From the NCBI GenBank assembly GCA_965655095.1, contig OZ296658.1:60574001-60638000 (forward strand): a DNA stretch of 64,000 nt, in the 5' to 3' direction. The notes beneath the pieces are model-generated. The model did no database searches, was not told the origin of the DNA, and saw only the letters and a list, made by a program, of their open reading frames with translations. The stretch comes from Haplodiscus bocki. Taxonomy: Eukaryota. The stretch's first letter is position 1. Each line of letters opens with the position of its first letter. This document shows positions 39,101 to 53,199 of the stretch, piece after piece. Position numbers and translations under genes: made by a program.

Positions 39101-42100
39101 ATTTGGCATGAATACACTCCCATTAGGACTTTCTGCTCCGATACTCGCACAATTTCCACTGCTTGAGAAAAAAGTCCATCACAGTCGTTTTTCTTTTTTC
39201 CACTCGCTCGCAGCTCGCATTTGTGTTCTCATACTGAAGTTACTACCTAAACTTTCTCCTTGCATCTTTGATTTCTTGAAATAAAACTGTCAAGTGGCCT
39301 AATTGCTAGCTTTTATGCTGGTTTCAGTTGAACAACAGTCGAAATTTTTCCAAAAGTTGTAATTTTTTGCACCACAAAATTATTAAACCTGAACCAACAG
39401 AATTCGTGTCAAATTGAGTCTGCAGTAGTTTTGGTAGCACCTGTTCGCCATTCAAAAAGAGATATAGTTCCTCAATATGTTCACTAGTGTGTCGTTGGTG
39501 CATATATTGCCAGGTTCAGCTTCGCTCGTCGGTCTAAGTTGTGAGAAAAGCTATGTTTGACCTACTGTGTGCCCAAAATCCGATGAGAAACCAACTCATT
39601 TCACAATCAATCAAAATTTGGTTGCTTCTTTTCTGTTGGTTAGCTTAGACAGGCAAGTTTTAATTTTGCATCCCGGCACAAGTTTTGATAACTGTACTCC
39701 ACAAAGACGAACTGTTTCTTTTTCAAACATTTTATGCGCCTTCTTGCTGTCTGATTACTTCTATTGGCCAGGTTTTGATCACAAAAAAAGAGCTTCTTTT
39801 TGATTTTTGCTCAGAATATACCTTCTGTGGCAAATGTAAAGTCGTTGTTTTTTCCCTCTTTCACGTTCATTTACAGTTCACATTTGTGTCTACGTAAAAA
39901 TTGTTCCTAGATTTTATTCGAACCCCATCAATTTGTTGGAAAAAGTTAATAGGGAGCGTTTTTTTTACTTTTTCGGCTTTCTTCAATTGATTGGCAGCAA
40001 AATTAATTCCAATTTTTTTCTGCACCTCCCAATACAATTGTTATACTCCGAAAGAAAATTGAAATCTGTGTAAATGTTTACTTGATTTTTTGGTAGAATC
40101 ACTTTCCACAAAATATTAGTGGAACTTGCTCGACATAATCACAAGTAATCCACTGGAGCGAATGTTGCCAAGCTCAGCGTCAGCTCTGTGTCTCATTTGT
40201 GGAGCAAAGTAAACATCAAGTGGCTTTTTAGTGTGTCTGACTTCCAATTAGAATCCATTTGAGAAATCGAGCGAGGAATTAATGGTCCGCTAGTTTCGAG
40301 TTGGTGAAGTTAACCTCGCAGTTTTAATTTCAGCTTCCACACACGCTATATTGGTTGCTGTAACCCACAAAAAAGCACACGGACTTTCTTTGAAAAAATT
40401 TCCTCGCTTTGGTCTTGGTTGGTCCTTCCAGTGGGCCAGGTTCTGTTTACAAAAAAAGACCTTCGCTTCAAGTTTTGCTGTAGTTCACCAACGCAGGCAA
40501 CTTTTCTTTCGAGCTGTTTTTAGTTTTTACCCTCCTTTCAAGGCCTAGTCTTTTGCCTGCATACTAAAGTTGCCTAGACTTTGCTCAAGCGTTCACGATG
40601 TTTTCCATGAAAAGATTACCGTGGCTGGTTTTCCAGCTGGCACTTTTGTTTTAGTTGAACAACCACAGAAATGACCGCTAAAGTTGGTTGCGCTACTTCA
40701 TATTAAATATATACACCTTAGTTGAGTAAACTTTTGTGTACTTGTGAAATCAGTAAGTTTGATAGTACATCTTTACCTTCATTATCAGCAATACTTCTCG
40801 AGATTTGCGCTAGTGTTCCCGTAGCGCATATGTTGCCATGCTCAGCTACGACTCTGGGTCTTTGTTGTGGTTCAGTTGAAAATGATTTATATCTTTTGTT
40901 TGGATGAGTTTCATTTGGAGTCCATTTGATGTCTCGAGCGGGAAAATTGTTGCTTGGTTGTTATTAGTTGGTCAAATTCTACCTGCGAAACTGAGATTTT
41001 CTCGTGACACGCTGTATTGATTGCTGCGATACGTTGCGACGCAGAGAAGAGTTTTGTTTAACTTCATTTGAGCGCTGTTTTGTTGGTTAACTGTTCAATT
41101 TGGCATGAATACACTCCCATTAGGACTTTCTGCTCCGATACTCGCACAGTTTCACCTGCATAAGAAAAAAATCCATCACAGTCGTTTTTCTTTTTTCCAG
41201 TCGCTCGCAGCTCGCATTTGCCTTCCCATGCTGAAGTTACTACCTAAATTTTCTCCTTGCATCTTTAATTTCTTGCAATAAAACTGTCAAGTGGCCTAAT
41301 TGCTAGCTTTTATGCTGGTTTCAGTTGAACAACAAACGAAGTTTTTCCAAAAGTTGTATTTTTTTGCACCACAAAATTATTAAACCTGAAACAACAGAAT
41401 TCGTGTCAAATTGAGTCTGCAGTAGTTTTGGTAGCACCTCTTCGCCATTCAAAAAGAGATATAGTTGCTCAATATGTTCACTAGTGTGTCGTTGGTGCAG
41501 ATATTGCCAGGTTCAGCTTCGCTCGTCGGTCTAAGTTGTGAGAAAAGCTATGTTTGACCTACTGTGTGCCCAAGTTCCGATGAAAAACCAACTCATTTCA
41601 CAATCAAGCAAAATTTGGTTGCTTCTTTTCTGTTGGTTAGCTTAGACAGGCAAGTTTTAATTTTGCATCCCGGCACAAGTTTTGATAACTGTACTCCACA
41701 AAGACGAACTGTTTCTTTTTCAAACATTTTATGCGCCTTCTTGCTGTTTGATTACTTCTATTGGCCAAGTTTTGATCACAAAAAAAGAGCTTCTTTTTGA
41801 TATTTGCTCAGAATATACCTTCTGTGGCAAATGTAAAGTCGTTGTTTTTTTCCCTCTTTCACGTTCATTAACAGTTCACATTTGTGTCTACGTAAAAATT
41901 GTTCCTAGATTTTATTCGAACCCCATCAATTTGTTGGAAAAAGTTAATCAGGGAGCAATTTTTTTTTACTTTTTCGGCTTTCTTCAATTGATTGGCAACA
42001 AAATTATTTCCAATTTTTTTCTGCACCTCCCAATACAATTGTTATACTCCAAAAGAAAATTGAAATCTGTGTAATTGTTTACTTGGTTTTTTGGTAGAAT

Positions 42101-45100
42101 CACTTTCCACATAATATTAGTGGAACTTGCTCGAAGTAATCACAAGTAATCCACTGGAGCGAATGTTGCCAAGCTCAGCGTCAGCTCCGTGTCTCAGTTG
42201 TGGAGCAAAGTAAACATCAAGTGGCTTTTTAGTGTGTCTGATTTCCAATTAGAATCCATTTGATAAATCGAGCGAGGAATTAATGGTCCGCTAGTTTCGA
42301 AATGGTGAATTTAACCTCGCAGTTTTAAATTCAGCTTCCACACACGCCATATTGGTTGCTGTAACCCACTAAAAAGCACACGGCTTTTCTTTGAAAAGGT
42401 TTATTCGCTTTGGTCTTGGTTGGTCCTTCCAGTGGGCCAGGCTCTGTTTACAAAAAAAGACCTTCGCTTCAAGTTTTGCTGTAGTTCACCAGCGAAGGCA
42501 ACTTTTCTTTCGAGCTGTTTTTAGTTTTTTCCCTCCTTTCAAGGCCTAGTTTTTTGCCTGCATACTAAAGTTGCCTAGACTTTGCTCAAGCAATCACGAT
42601 GTTTTCCATGAAAATATTACCGTGGCTGGTTTTCCAGCTTGCACTTTTGTTTTAGTTGAACAACAACAGAAATGACCGCTAAAGTTGGTTGCGCTACTTC
42701 ATATTAAATATATACACCTTAGTTGAGTAAACTTTTGTGTACTTGTGAAATCAGTAAGTTTGATAGTACATCTTTACCTTCATTATCAGCAATACTTCTC
42801 GAGATTTGCGCTAGTGTTCCCTTAGCGCATATGTTGCCATGCTCAGCTACGACTCTGGGTCTTTGTTGTGGTTCAGTTGAAAATGATTTACATCTTTTGT
42901 TTGGGTGAGTTTCATTTGGAGTCCATTTGATGTCTCGAGCGGGAAAATTGTTGCTTGGTTGTTTTTAGTTGGTCAAATTCTACCTGCGAAACTGAGATTT
43001 TCTCCTGACACGCTGTATTGATTGCTGCGATACGTTGCGACGCAGAGAAGAGTTTTGTTTAACTTCATTTGAGCGCTGTTTTGTTGGTTAACTGTTCAAT
43101 TTGGCATGAATACACTCCCATTAGGACTTTCTGCTCCGATACTCGCACAGTTTCACCTGCTTGAGAAAAAAGTCCATCACAGTCGTTTTTCTTTTTTTTT
43201 ATCCAGTCGCTCGCAGCTCGCATTTGTGTTCTCATGCTGAAGTTACTACCTAAATATTCTCCTTGCATCTTTGATTTCTTGCAATAAAACTGTCAAGTGG
43301 CCTAATTGCTAGCTTTTATGCTGGTTTCAGTTGAACAACAGTCGAAATTTTTCCAAAAGTTGTATTTTTTTGCACCACAAAATTATTAAACCTGAAACAA
43401 CAGAATTCGTGTCAAATTGATTCTTTTGTAGTTTTGGTAGCACCTCTTCGCCATTCAAAAAGAGATATAGTTGCTCAATATGTTCACTAGTGTGTCGTTG
43501 GTGCAGATATTGCCAGGTTCAGCTTCGCTCGTCGGCCTAAGTTGTGAGAAAATCTATGTTTGACCTACTGTGTGCCCAAGTTCCGATGAGAAACCAACTC
43601 ATTTCACAGTCAAGCAAAATTTGGTTGCTTCTTTTCTGTTGGTTAGCTTAGACAGGCAAGTTTTAATTTTGCATCCCGGCACAAGTTTTGATAACTGTAC
43701 TCCACAAAGACGAACTGTTTCTTTTTCAAACATTTTATGCGCCTTCTTGCTGTTTGATTACTTCTATTGGCCAAGTTTTGATCACAAAAAAAAGAGCTTC
43801 TTTTTGATATTTGCTCAGAATATACCTTCTGTGGCAAATGTAAAGTCGTTGTTTTTTTCCCTCTTTCACGTTCATTAACAGTTCACATTTGTGTCTACGT
43901 AAAAATTGTTCCTAGATTTTATTCGAACCCCATCAATTTGTTGGAAAAAGTTAATCAGGGAGCGTTTTTTTTTAATTTTTCGGCTTTCTTCAATTGATTG
44001 GCAACAAAATTATTTCCAGATTTTTTCTGCACCTCCCAATACAAATGTTATACTCCAAAAAAATTGAATTCTGGGTAAATTTTTACTTGGTTTTTTGGTA
44101 GTATCACTTTCCACATAATATTAGTGGAACTTGCTCGATATAATCACAAGTAATCCACTGGAGCGATTGTTGCCAAAGTCAGGGTCAGCTCTGGGTCTCA
44201 GTTGTGGAGCAAAGTAAACATCAAGTGGCTTTTTAGTGTGTCTGATTTCCAATTAGAATCCATTTGATAAATCGAGCGAGGAATTAATGGTCCGCTAGTT
44301 TCGAGTTGGTGAAGTTAACCTCGCAGTTTTAAATTCAGCTTCCACACACGCCATATTGGTTGCTGTAACCCACTAAAAAGCACACGGACTTTCTTTGAAA
44401 AAACTTCCTCGCTTTGGTCTTGGTTGGTCCTTCCAGTGGGCCAGGTTCTGTTTACAAAAAAAAGACCTTCGCTTCAAGTTTTGCTGTAGTTCACCAGCGC
44501 AGGCAACTTTTCTTTCGAGCCGTTTTTAGTTTTTTTCCTCCTTTCAAGGCCTAGTTTTTTGCCTGCATACTAAAGTTGCCTAGAATTTGCTCAAGTGTTC
44601 ACATTGTTTTCCATGAAAAGATTACCGTGGCTGGTTTTCCAGCTTGCATTTTTGTTTTAGTTGAACAACAACAGAAATGACCGCTAAAGTTGGTTGCGCT
44701 ACCTAATATTAAATATACACACCTTGGTTGAGTAAACTTTTGTTTGTTTGCGAACTCTGTGAGTTTGATAGTACATCTTTACCTTCTTTATCAGCAATAC
44801 TTCTCGAGATTTGCGCTGGTGTTCCCTTGGCGCAAATGTTGCCATGCTCAGCTACGCCTCTGGGTCTTTGTTGTGGTTCAGTTGAAAATGATTTACATCT
44901 TTTGTTTGGGTGAGTTTCATTTGGAGTCCATTTGATGTCTCGAGCGGGAAAATTGTTGCTTGGTTGTTTTTAGTTGGTCAAATTCTACCTGCGAAACTGA
45001 GATTTTCTCCTGACACGCTGTATTGATTGCTGCGATACGTTGCGACGCAGAGAAGAGTTTTGTTTAACTTCATTTGAGCGCTGTTTTGTTGGTTAACTGT

Positions 45101-48100
45101 TCAATTTGGCATGAATACACTCCCATTAGGACTTTCTGCTCCGATACTCGCACAGTTTCACCTGCTTGAGAAAAAAGTCCATCACAGTCGTTTTTCTTTT
45201 TTTTTATCCAGTCGCTCGCAGCTCGCATTTGTGTTCTCATGCTGAAGTTACTACCTAAATTTTCTCCTTGCATCTTTGATTTCTTGCAATAAAACTGTCA
45301 AGTGGCCTAATTGCTAGCTTTTATGCTGGTTTCAGTTGAACAACAGTCGAAATTTTTCCAAAAGTTGTATTTTTTTGCACCACAAAATTATTAAACCTGA
45401 AACAACAGAATTCGTGTCAAATTGATTCTTTTGTAGATTTGGTAGCACCTCTTCGCCATTCAAAAAGAGATATAGTTGCTCAATATGTTCACTAGTGTGT
45501 CGTTGGTGCAGATATTGCCAGGTTCAGCTTCGCTCGTCGGCCTAAGTTGTGAGAAAAGCTATGTTTGACCTACTGTGTGCCCAAGTTCCGATGAGAAACC
45601 AACTCATTTCACAGTCAAGCAAAATTTGGTTGCTTCTTTTCTGTTGGTTAGCTTAGACAGGCAAGTTTTAATTTTGCATCCCGGCACAAGTTTTGATAAC
45701 TGTACTCCACAAAGACGAACTGTTTCTTTTTCAAACATTTTATGCGCCTTCTTGCTGTTTGATTACTTCTATTGGCCAAGTTTTGATCACAAAAAAAGAG
45801 CTTCTTTTTGATATTTGCTCAGAATATACCTTCTGTGGCAAATGTAAAGTCGTTGTTTTTTTCCCTCTTTCACGTTCATTAACAGTTCACATTTGTGTCT
45901 ACGTAAAAATTGTTCCTAGATTTTATTCGAACCCCATCAATTTGTTGGAAAAAGTTAATCAGGGAGCGTTTTTTTTAATTTTTCGGCTTTCTTCAATTGA
46001 TTGGCAACAAAATTATTTCCAGATTTTTTCTGCACCTCCCAATACAAATGTTATACTCCAAAAAAATTGAATTCTGGGTAAAGTTTTACTTGGTTTTTTG
46101 GTAGTATCACTTTCCACATAATATTAGTGGAACTTGCTCGATATAATCACAAGTAATCCACTGGAGCGATTGTTGCCAAAGTCAGGGTCAGCTCTGGGTC
46201 TCAGTTGTGGAGCAAAGTAAACATCAAGTGGCTTTTTAGTGTGTCTGATTTCCAATTAGAATCCATTTGATAAATCGAGCGAGGAATCAATGGTCCGCTA
46301 GTTTCGATTTGGTGAAGTTAACCTCGCAGTTTTAAATTCAGCTTCCACACACGCCATATTGGTTGCTGTAACCCACTAAAAAGCACACGGACTTTCTTTG
46401 AAAAAACTTCCTCGCTTTGGTCTTGGTTGGTCCTTCCAGTGGGCCAGGTTCTGTTTACAAAAAAAAGACCTTCGCTTCAAGTTTTGCTGTAGTTCACCAG
46501 CGCAGGCAACTTTTCTTTCGAGCCGTTTTTAGTTTTTTTCCTCCTTTCAAGGCCTAGTTTTTTGCCTGCATACTAAAGTTGCCTAGAATTTGCTCAAGTG
46601 TTCACATTGTTTTCCATGAAAAGATTACCGTGGCTGGTTTTCCAGCTTGCATTTTTGTTTTAGTTGAACAACAACAGAAATGACCGCTAAAGTTGGTTGC
46701 GCTACCTAATATTAAATATACACACCTTGGTTGAGTAAACTTTTGTTTGTTTGCGAACTCTGTGAGTTTGATAGTACATCTTTACCTTCTTTATCAGCAA
46801 TACTTCTCGAGATTTGCGCTGGTGTTCCCTTGGCGCAAATGTTGCCATGCTCAGCTACGCCTCTGGGTCTTTGTTGTGGTTCAGTTGATTATGAGTCACA
46901 TCGTTTGTTTGCATGAGTTCCATTTGGAGTCCATTTGATGTCTCGAGCGGGAAAATTGTTGCTTGGTTGTTTTTAGTTGGTCAAATTCTACCTGCGAAAC
47001 TGAGATTTTCTCCTGACACGCTGTATTGATTGCTGCGATACGTTGCGACGCAGAGAAGAGTTTTGTTTAACTTCATTTGAGCGCTGTTTTGTTGGTTAAC
47101 TGTTCAATTTGGCGTGAATACACTCCCATTAGGACTTTCTGCTCCGATACTCGCACAGTTTCACCTGCTTGAGAAAAAAGTCCATCACAGTCGTTTTTCT
47201 TTTTTTTTATCCAGTCGCTCGCAGCTCGCATTTGTGTTCTCATGCTGAAGTTACTACCTAAATTTTCTCCTTGCATCTTTGATTTCTTGCAATAAAACTG
47301 TCAAGTGGCCTAATTGCTAGCTGTTATGCTGGTTTCAGTTGAACAACAGTCGAAATTTTTCCAAAAGTTGTATTTTTTTGCACCACAAAATTATTAAACC
47401 TGAAACAACAGAATTCGTGTCAAATTGAGTCTGCAGTAGTTTTGGTAGCACCTCTTCGCCATTCAAAAAGAGATATAGTTGCTCAATATGTTCACTAGTG
47501 TGTCGTTGGTGCAGATATTGCCAGGTTCAGCTTCGCTCGTCGGTCTAAGTTGTGAGAAAAGCTATGTTTGAACTACTGTGTGCCCAAGTTCCGATGAGAA
47601 ACCAACTCATTTCACAGTCAAGCAAAATTTGGTTGCTTCTTTTCTGTTGGTTAGCTTAGACAGGCAAGTTTTAATTTTGCATCCCGGCACAAGTTTTGAT
47701 AACTGTACTCCACAAAGACGAACTGTTTCTTTTTCAAACATTTTATGCGCCTTCTTGCTGTTTGATTACTTCTATTGGCCAAGTTTTGATCACAAAAAAA
47801 AGAGCTTCTTTTTGATATTTGCTCAGAATATACCTTCTGTGGCAAATGTAAAGTCGTTGTTTTTTTCCCTCTTTCACGTTCATTAACAGTTCACATTTGT
47901 GTCTACGTAAAAATTGTTCCTAGATTTTATTCGAACCCCATCAATTTGTTGGAAAAAGTTAATCAGGGAGCGTTTTTTTAATTTTTCGGCTTTCTTCAAT
48001 TGATTGGCAACAAAATTATTTCCAGATTTTTTCTGCACCTCCCAATACAAATGTTATACTCCAAAAAAATTGAATTCTGGGTAAATTTTTACTTGGTTTT

Positions 48101-51100
48101 TTGGTAGTATCACTTTCCACATAATATTAGTGGAACTTGCTCGATATAATCACAAGTAATCCACTGGAGCGATTGTTGCCAAAGTCAGGGTCAGCTCTGG
48201 GTCTCAGTTGTGGAGCAAAGTAAACATCAAGTGGCTTTTTAGTGTGTCTGATTTCCAATTAGAATCCATATGATAAATCGAGCGAGGAATTAATGGTCCG
48301 CTAGTTTCGAGTTGGTGAAGTTAACCTCGCAGTTTTAAATTCAGCTTCCACACACGCCATATTGGTTGCTGTAACCCACTAAAAAGCACACGGACTTTCT
48401 TTGAAAAAACTTCCTCGCTTTGGTCTTGGTTGATCCTTCCAGTGGGCCAGGTTCTGTTTACAAAAAAAGACCTTCGCTTCAAGTTTTGCTGTAGTTCACC
48501 AGCGCAGGCAACTTTTCTTTCGAGCCGTTTTTAGTTTTTTTCCTCCTTTCAAGGCCTCGTTTTTTGCCTGGATACTAAAGTTGCCTAGACTTGGCTCAAG
48601 TGTTCACATTGTTTTCCATGAAAAGATTACCGTGGCTGGTTTTCCAGCTTGCATTTTTGTTTTAGTTGAACAACAACAGAAATGACCGCTAAAGTTGGTT
48701 GCGCTACCTAATATTAAATATACACACCTTGGTTGAGTAAACTTTTGTTTGTTTGCGAACTCTGTGAGTTTGATAGTACATCTTTACCTTCATTATCAGC
48801 AATAATTCTCGAGATTTGCGTTGGTGTTCCCTTGGCGCAAATGTTGCCATGCTCAGCTACGCCTCTGGGTCTTTGTTGTGGTTCAGTTGATTATGAGTCA
48901 CATCGCTTGTTTGCATGAGTTCCATTTGGAGTCCATTTGATGTCTCGAGCGGGAAAATTGTTGCTTGGTTGTTTTTAGTTGGTCAAATTCTACCTGCGAA
49001 ACTGAGATTTTCTCCTGACACGCTGTATTGATTGCTGCGATACGTTGCGACGCAGAGAAGAGTTTTGTTTAACTTCATTTGAGCGCTGTTTTGTTGGTTA
49101 ACTGTTCAATTTGGCATAAATACGCTCCCATTAGGACTTTCTGCTCCGATACACGCACAATTTCACCTGCTTGAGAAAAAAGTCCATCACAGTCGTTTCT
49201 TTTTTCCACTTGCTCCCAGCTCGCGTATGTGCTCTCATGCTGAATTTACTACCTAGGTTTTGTCCATGCATCTTTGATTTCTGGCAATAAAACTGTCACG
49301 TGGCCTAATTGCTAGCTCTTATGCTGGTTTCAGTTAAATAACAGCCGTAATTTTTCCAAAAGTTGTATATTTTTGCACCACACAATTATTAAACCTGAGA
49401 CAACAGAATTCGTGTCAAATTGGTTCTTCAGTAGTTTTGGCAGCACCTCTTCGCCATTTAAAATAAGATATAGTTGCTCAATATTTTCACTGGTGTGTCG
49501 TTGGTGCAGATATTGCCAGGTTCAGCTTCGCTTGTCGGTCTAAGCTGTGAGAAAAGGTATGTTTGACTTACTGTGTGCCCAAGTTCCGATGAGAAACCGA
49601 CTCATTTCACAATCAACCAAAATTTGGTTGGTTCTTTTCTGTTGGTTAGCTTAGACAGGCAATTTATATTTTTGCATCCCGGCACAAGTTTTGATAACTG
49701 TACTCCACAAAGACGAACTGTTTCTTTTTCAAACTTTCTATGCGCCTTCTTGCTGTTTGATTACTTCTATTGGCCAAGTTTTGCTCACAAAAAAAGAGCT
49801 TCATTTTGATATTTGCTGAGAATATACCTTCTGTGGCAAATGTAAAGTCGTTGTTTTTTTCCCTCTTTCACGTTCATTTACAGTTCACATTTGTGTCTAC
49901 GTAAAAACTGTTCCTAGATTTTATTCGAACCCCATCAATTTGTTGGAAAAAGTTAACAGGGAGCGTTTTTTTACTTCTTCGGCTTTCTTCAATTGATTGG
50001 CAACAAAATTGATTCCAATTTTTTTCTGCACCTCCCAATACAATTGTTATACTCCGAAAGAAAATTGAAATCTGTGTAAATGTTTACTTGATTTTTTGGT
50101 AGAATCACTTTCCACATAATATTAGTGGAACTTGCTCGTCATAATCACAAGTATTCCACTTGAACGAATGTTGCCAAGCTCAGCGTCAGCTCTGGGTCTC
50201 AGTTGTGAGGCAAAGTAAACTTCAAGTGGCTTTTTAGTGTGTCTGATTTCCAATTAGAATTCATTTGATAAATCGAGCGAGGAATTAATGGTCCGCTAGT
50301 TTCCAGTTGGTGAAGTTAATCTCGCAGTTTTGAATTCAGCTTCCACACACGCCATATTGGTTGCTGTAACCCACTATAAAGCACACGGGCTTTCTCTGAA
50401 AAAGTTTTTTCGCTTTGGTCTTGGTTGGTCCTTACAGTGGGCCAGGTTCTGTTTACAAAAAAGACCTTCGCTTCAAGTTTTGCTGTAGTTCACCAGCGCA
50501 TGCAATTTTTCTTTCGAGCTGTTTTTAGTTTTTCCTTTCCGTTCAAGGCCTCGTTTTTTGCCTGCATACTAAAGTTGCCTAGACTTTGCTCAAGCGGTCA
50601 CGATGTTTTCCATGAGAAGATTACCGTGGCTGGTTTTCCAGCTTGCACTTTTGTTTTAGTTGAACAACAACAGAAACGACCCGCTAAAAATGGTTGCGCT
50701 ACCTCATATTAAATATATACACCTTAGTTGAGTAAAGTTTTGTGTACTTGTGAATTCAGTAAATTTGATAGTACATCTTTACCTTCATTATCAGCAATAA
50801 TTCTCGAGATTTGCGTTGGTGTTCCCTTGGCGCAAATGTTGCCATGCTCAGCTACGCCTCTGGGTCTTTGTTGTGGTTCAGTTGATTATGAGTCACATCG
50901 TTTGTTTGCATGAGTTCCATTTGGAGTCCATTTGATGTCTCGAGCGGGAAAATTGTTGCTTGGTTGTTTTTAGTTGGTCAAATTCTACCTGCGAAACTGA
51001 GATTTTCTCCTGACACGCTGTATTGATTGCTGCGATACGTTGCGACGCAGAGAAGAGTTTTGTTTAACTTCATTTGAGCGCTGTTTTGTTGGTTAACTGT

Positions 51101-53199
51101 TCAATTTGGCATAAATACGCTCCCATTAGGACTTTCTGCTCCGATACACGCACAATTTCACCTGCTTGAGAAAAAAGTCCATCACAGTCGTTTCTTTTTT
51201 CCACTCGCTCCCAGCTCGCGTATGTGCTCTCATGCTGAATTTACTACCTATGTTTTGTCCATGCATCTTTGATTTCTGGCAATAAAACTGTCACGTGGCC
51301 TAATTGCTAGCTCTTATGCTGGTTTCAGTTAAATAACAGCCGTAATTTTTCCAAAAGTTGTATATTTTTGCACCACACAATTATTAAACCTGAGACAACA
51401 GAATTCGTGTCAAATTGGTTCTTCAGTAGTTTTGGCAGCACCTCTTCGCCATTTAAAATAAGATATAGTTGCTCAATATTTTCACTGGTGTGTCGTTGGT
51501 GCAGATATTGCCAGGTTCAGCTTCGCTTGTCGGTCTAAGCTGTGAGAAAAGGTATGTTTGACTTACTGTGTGCCCAAGTTCCGATGAGAAACCGACTCAT
51601 TTCACAATCAACCAAAATTTGGTTGGTTCTTTTCTGTTGGTTAGCTTAGACAGGCAATTTATATTTTTGCATCCCGGCACAAGTTTTGATAACTGTACTC
51701 CACAAAGACGAACTGTTTCTTTTTCAAACTTTCTATGCGCCTTCTTGCTGTTTGATTACTTCTATTGGCCAAGTTTTGCTCACAAAAAAGAGCTTCATTT
51801 TGATATTTGCTGAGAATATACCTTCTGTGGCAAATGTAAAGTCGTTGTTTTTTTCCCTCTTTCACGTTCATTTACAGTTCACATTTGTGTCTACGTAAAA
51901 ACTGTTCCTAGATTTTATTCGAACCCCATCAATTTGTTGGAAAAAGTTAACAGGGAGCGTTTTTTTTTTACTTTTTCGGCTTTCTTCAATTGATTGGCAA
52001 CAAAATTGATTCCAAATTTTTTCTGCACCTCCCAATACAATTGTTATACTCCGAAAGAAAATTGAAATCTGTGTAAATGTTTACTTGATTTTTTGGTAGA
52101 ATCACTTTCCACATAATATTAGTGGAACTTGCTCGTCATAATCACAAGTATTCCACTTGAACGAATGTTGCCAAGCTCAGCGTCAGCTCTGGGTCTCAGT
52201 TGTGAGGCAAAGTAAACTTCAAGTGGCTTTTTAGTGTGTCTGATTTCCAATTAGAATTCATTTGATAAATCGAGCGAGGAATTAATGGTCCGCTAGTTTC
52301 CAGTTGGTGAAGTTAATCTCGCAGTTTTGAATTCAGCTTCCACACACGCCATATTGGTTGCTGTAACCCACTATAAAGCGCACGGACTTTCTCTGAAAAA
52401 GTTTTTTCGCTTTGGTCTTGGTTGGTCCTTACAGTGGGCCAGGTTCTGTTTACAAAAAAGACCTTCGCTTCAAGTTTTGCTGTAGTTCACCAGCGCATGC
52501 AATTTTTCTTTCGAGCTGTTTTTAGTTTTTCCTTTCCGTTCAAGGCCTCGTTTTTTGCCTGCATACTAAAGTTGCCTAGACTTTGCTCAACCGGTCACGA
52601 TGTTTTCCATGAGAAGATTACCGTGGCTGGTTTTCCAGCTTGCACTTTTGTTTTAGTTGAACAACAACAGAAACGACCCGCTAAAAATGGTTGCGCTACC
52701 TCATATTAAATATATACACCTTAGTTGAGTAAACTTTTCTGTACTTGTGAAATCAGTAAGTTTGATAGTACATCTTTACCTTCATTATCAGCAATACTTC
52801 TCGAGATTTGCGCTAGTGTTCCCTTAGCGCATATGTTGCCATGCTCAGCTACGACTCTGAGTCTTTGTTGTGGTTCAATTGAATATGATTCACATCGTTT
52901 GTTTCGATGAGTTCCATTTGGAGTCCATTTGATGTCTCAAGCGCGAAAAGCGTTGCTTGGTTGTTATTAGTTGGTCAAATTCTACCTGCGAAACTGAGAT
53001 TTTCTTCCTGACACGGTGTATTGATTGCTGCGATACGTTGCGACGCAGAGAAGAGTTTTGTATAACTTCATTTGAGCGCTGTTTTGTTGGTTAATTGTTC
53101 AATTTGGCATGAATACACTCCCATTAGGACTTTCTGCTCCGATACTCGCACAATTTCACCTGCTTGAGAAAAAAGGCAATCACAGTCGTTTTTTTTCCA

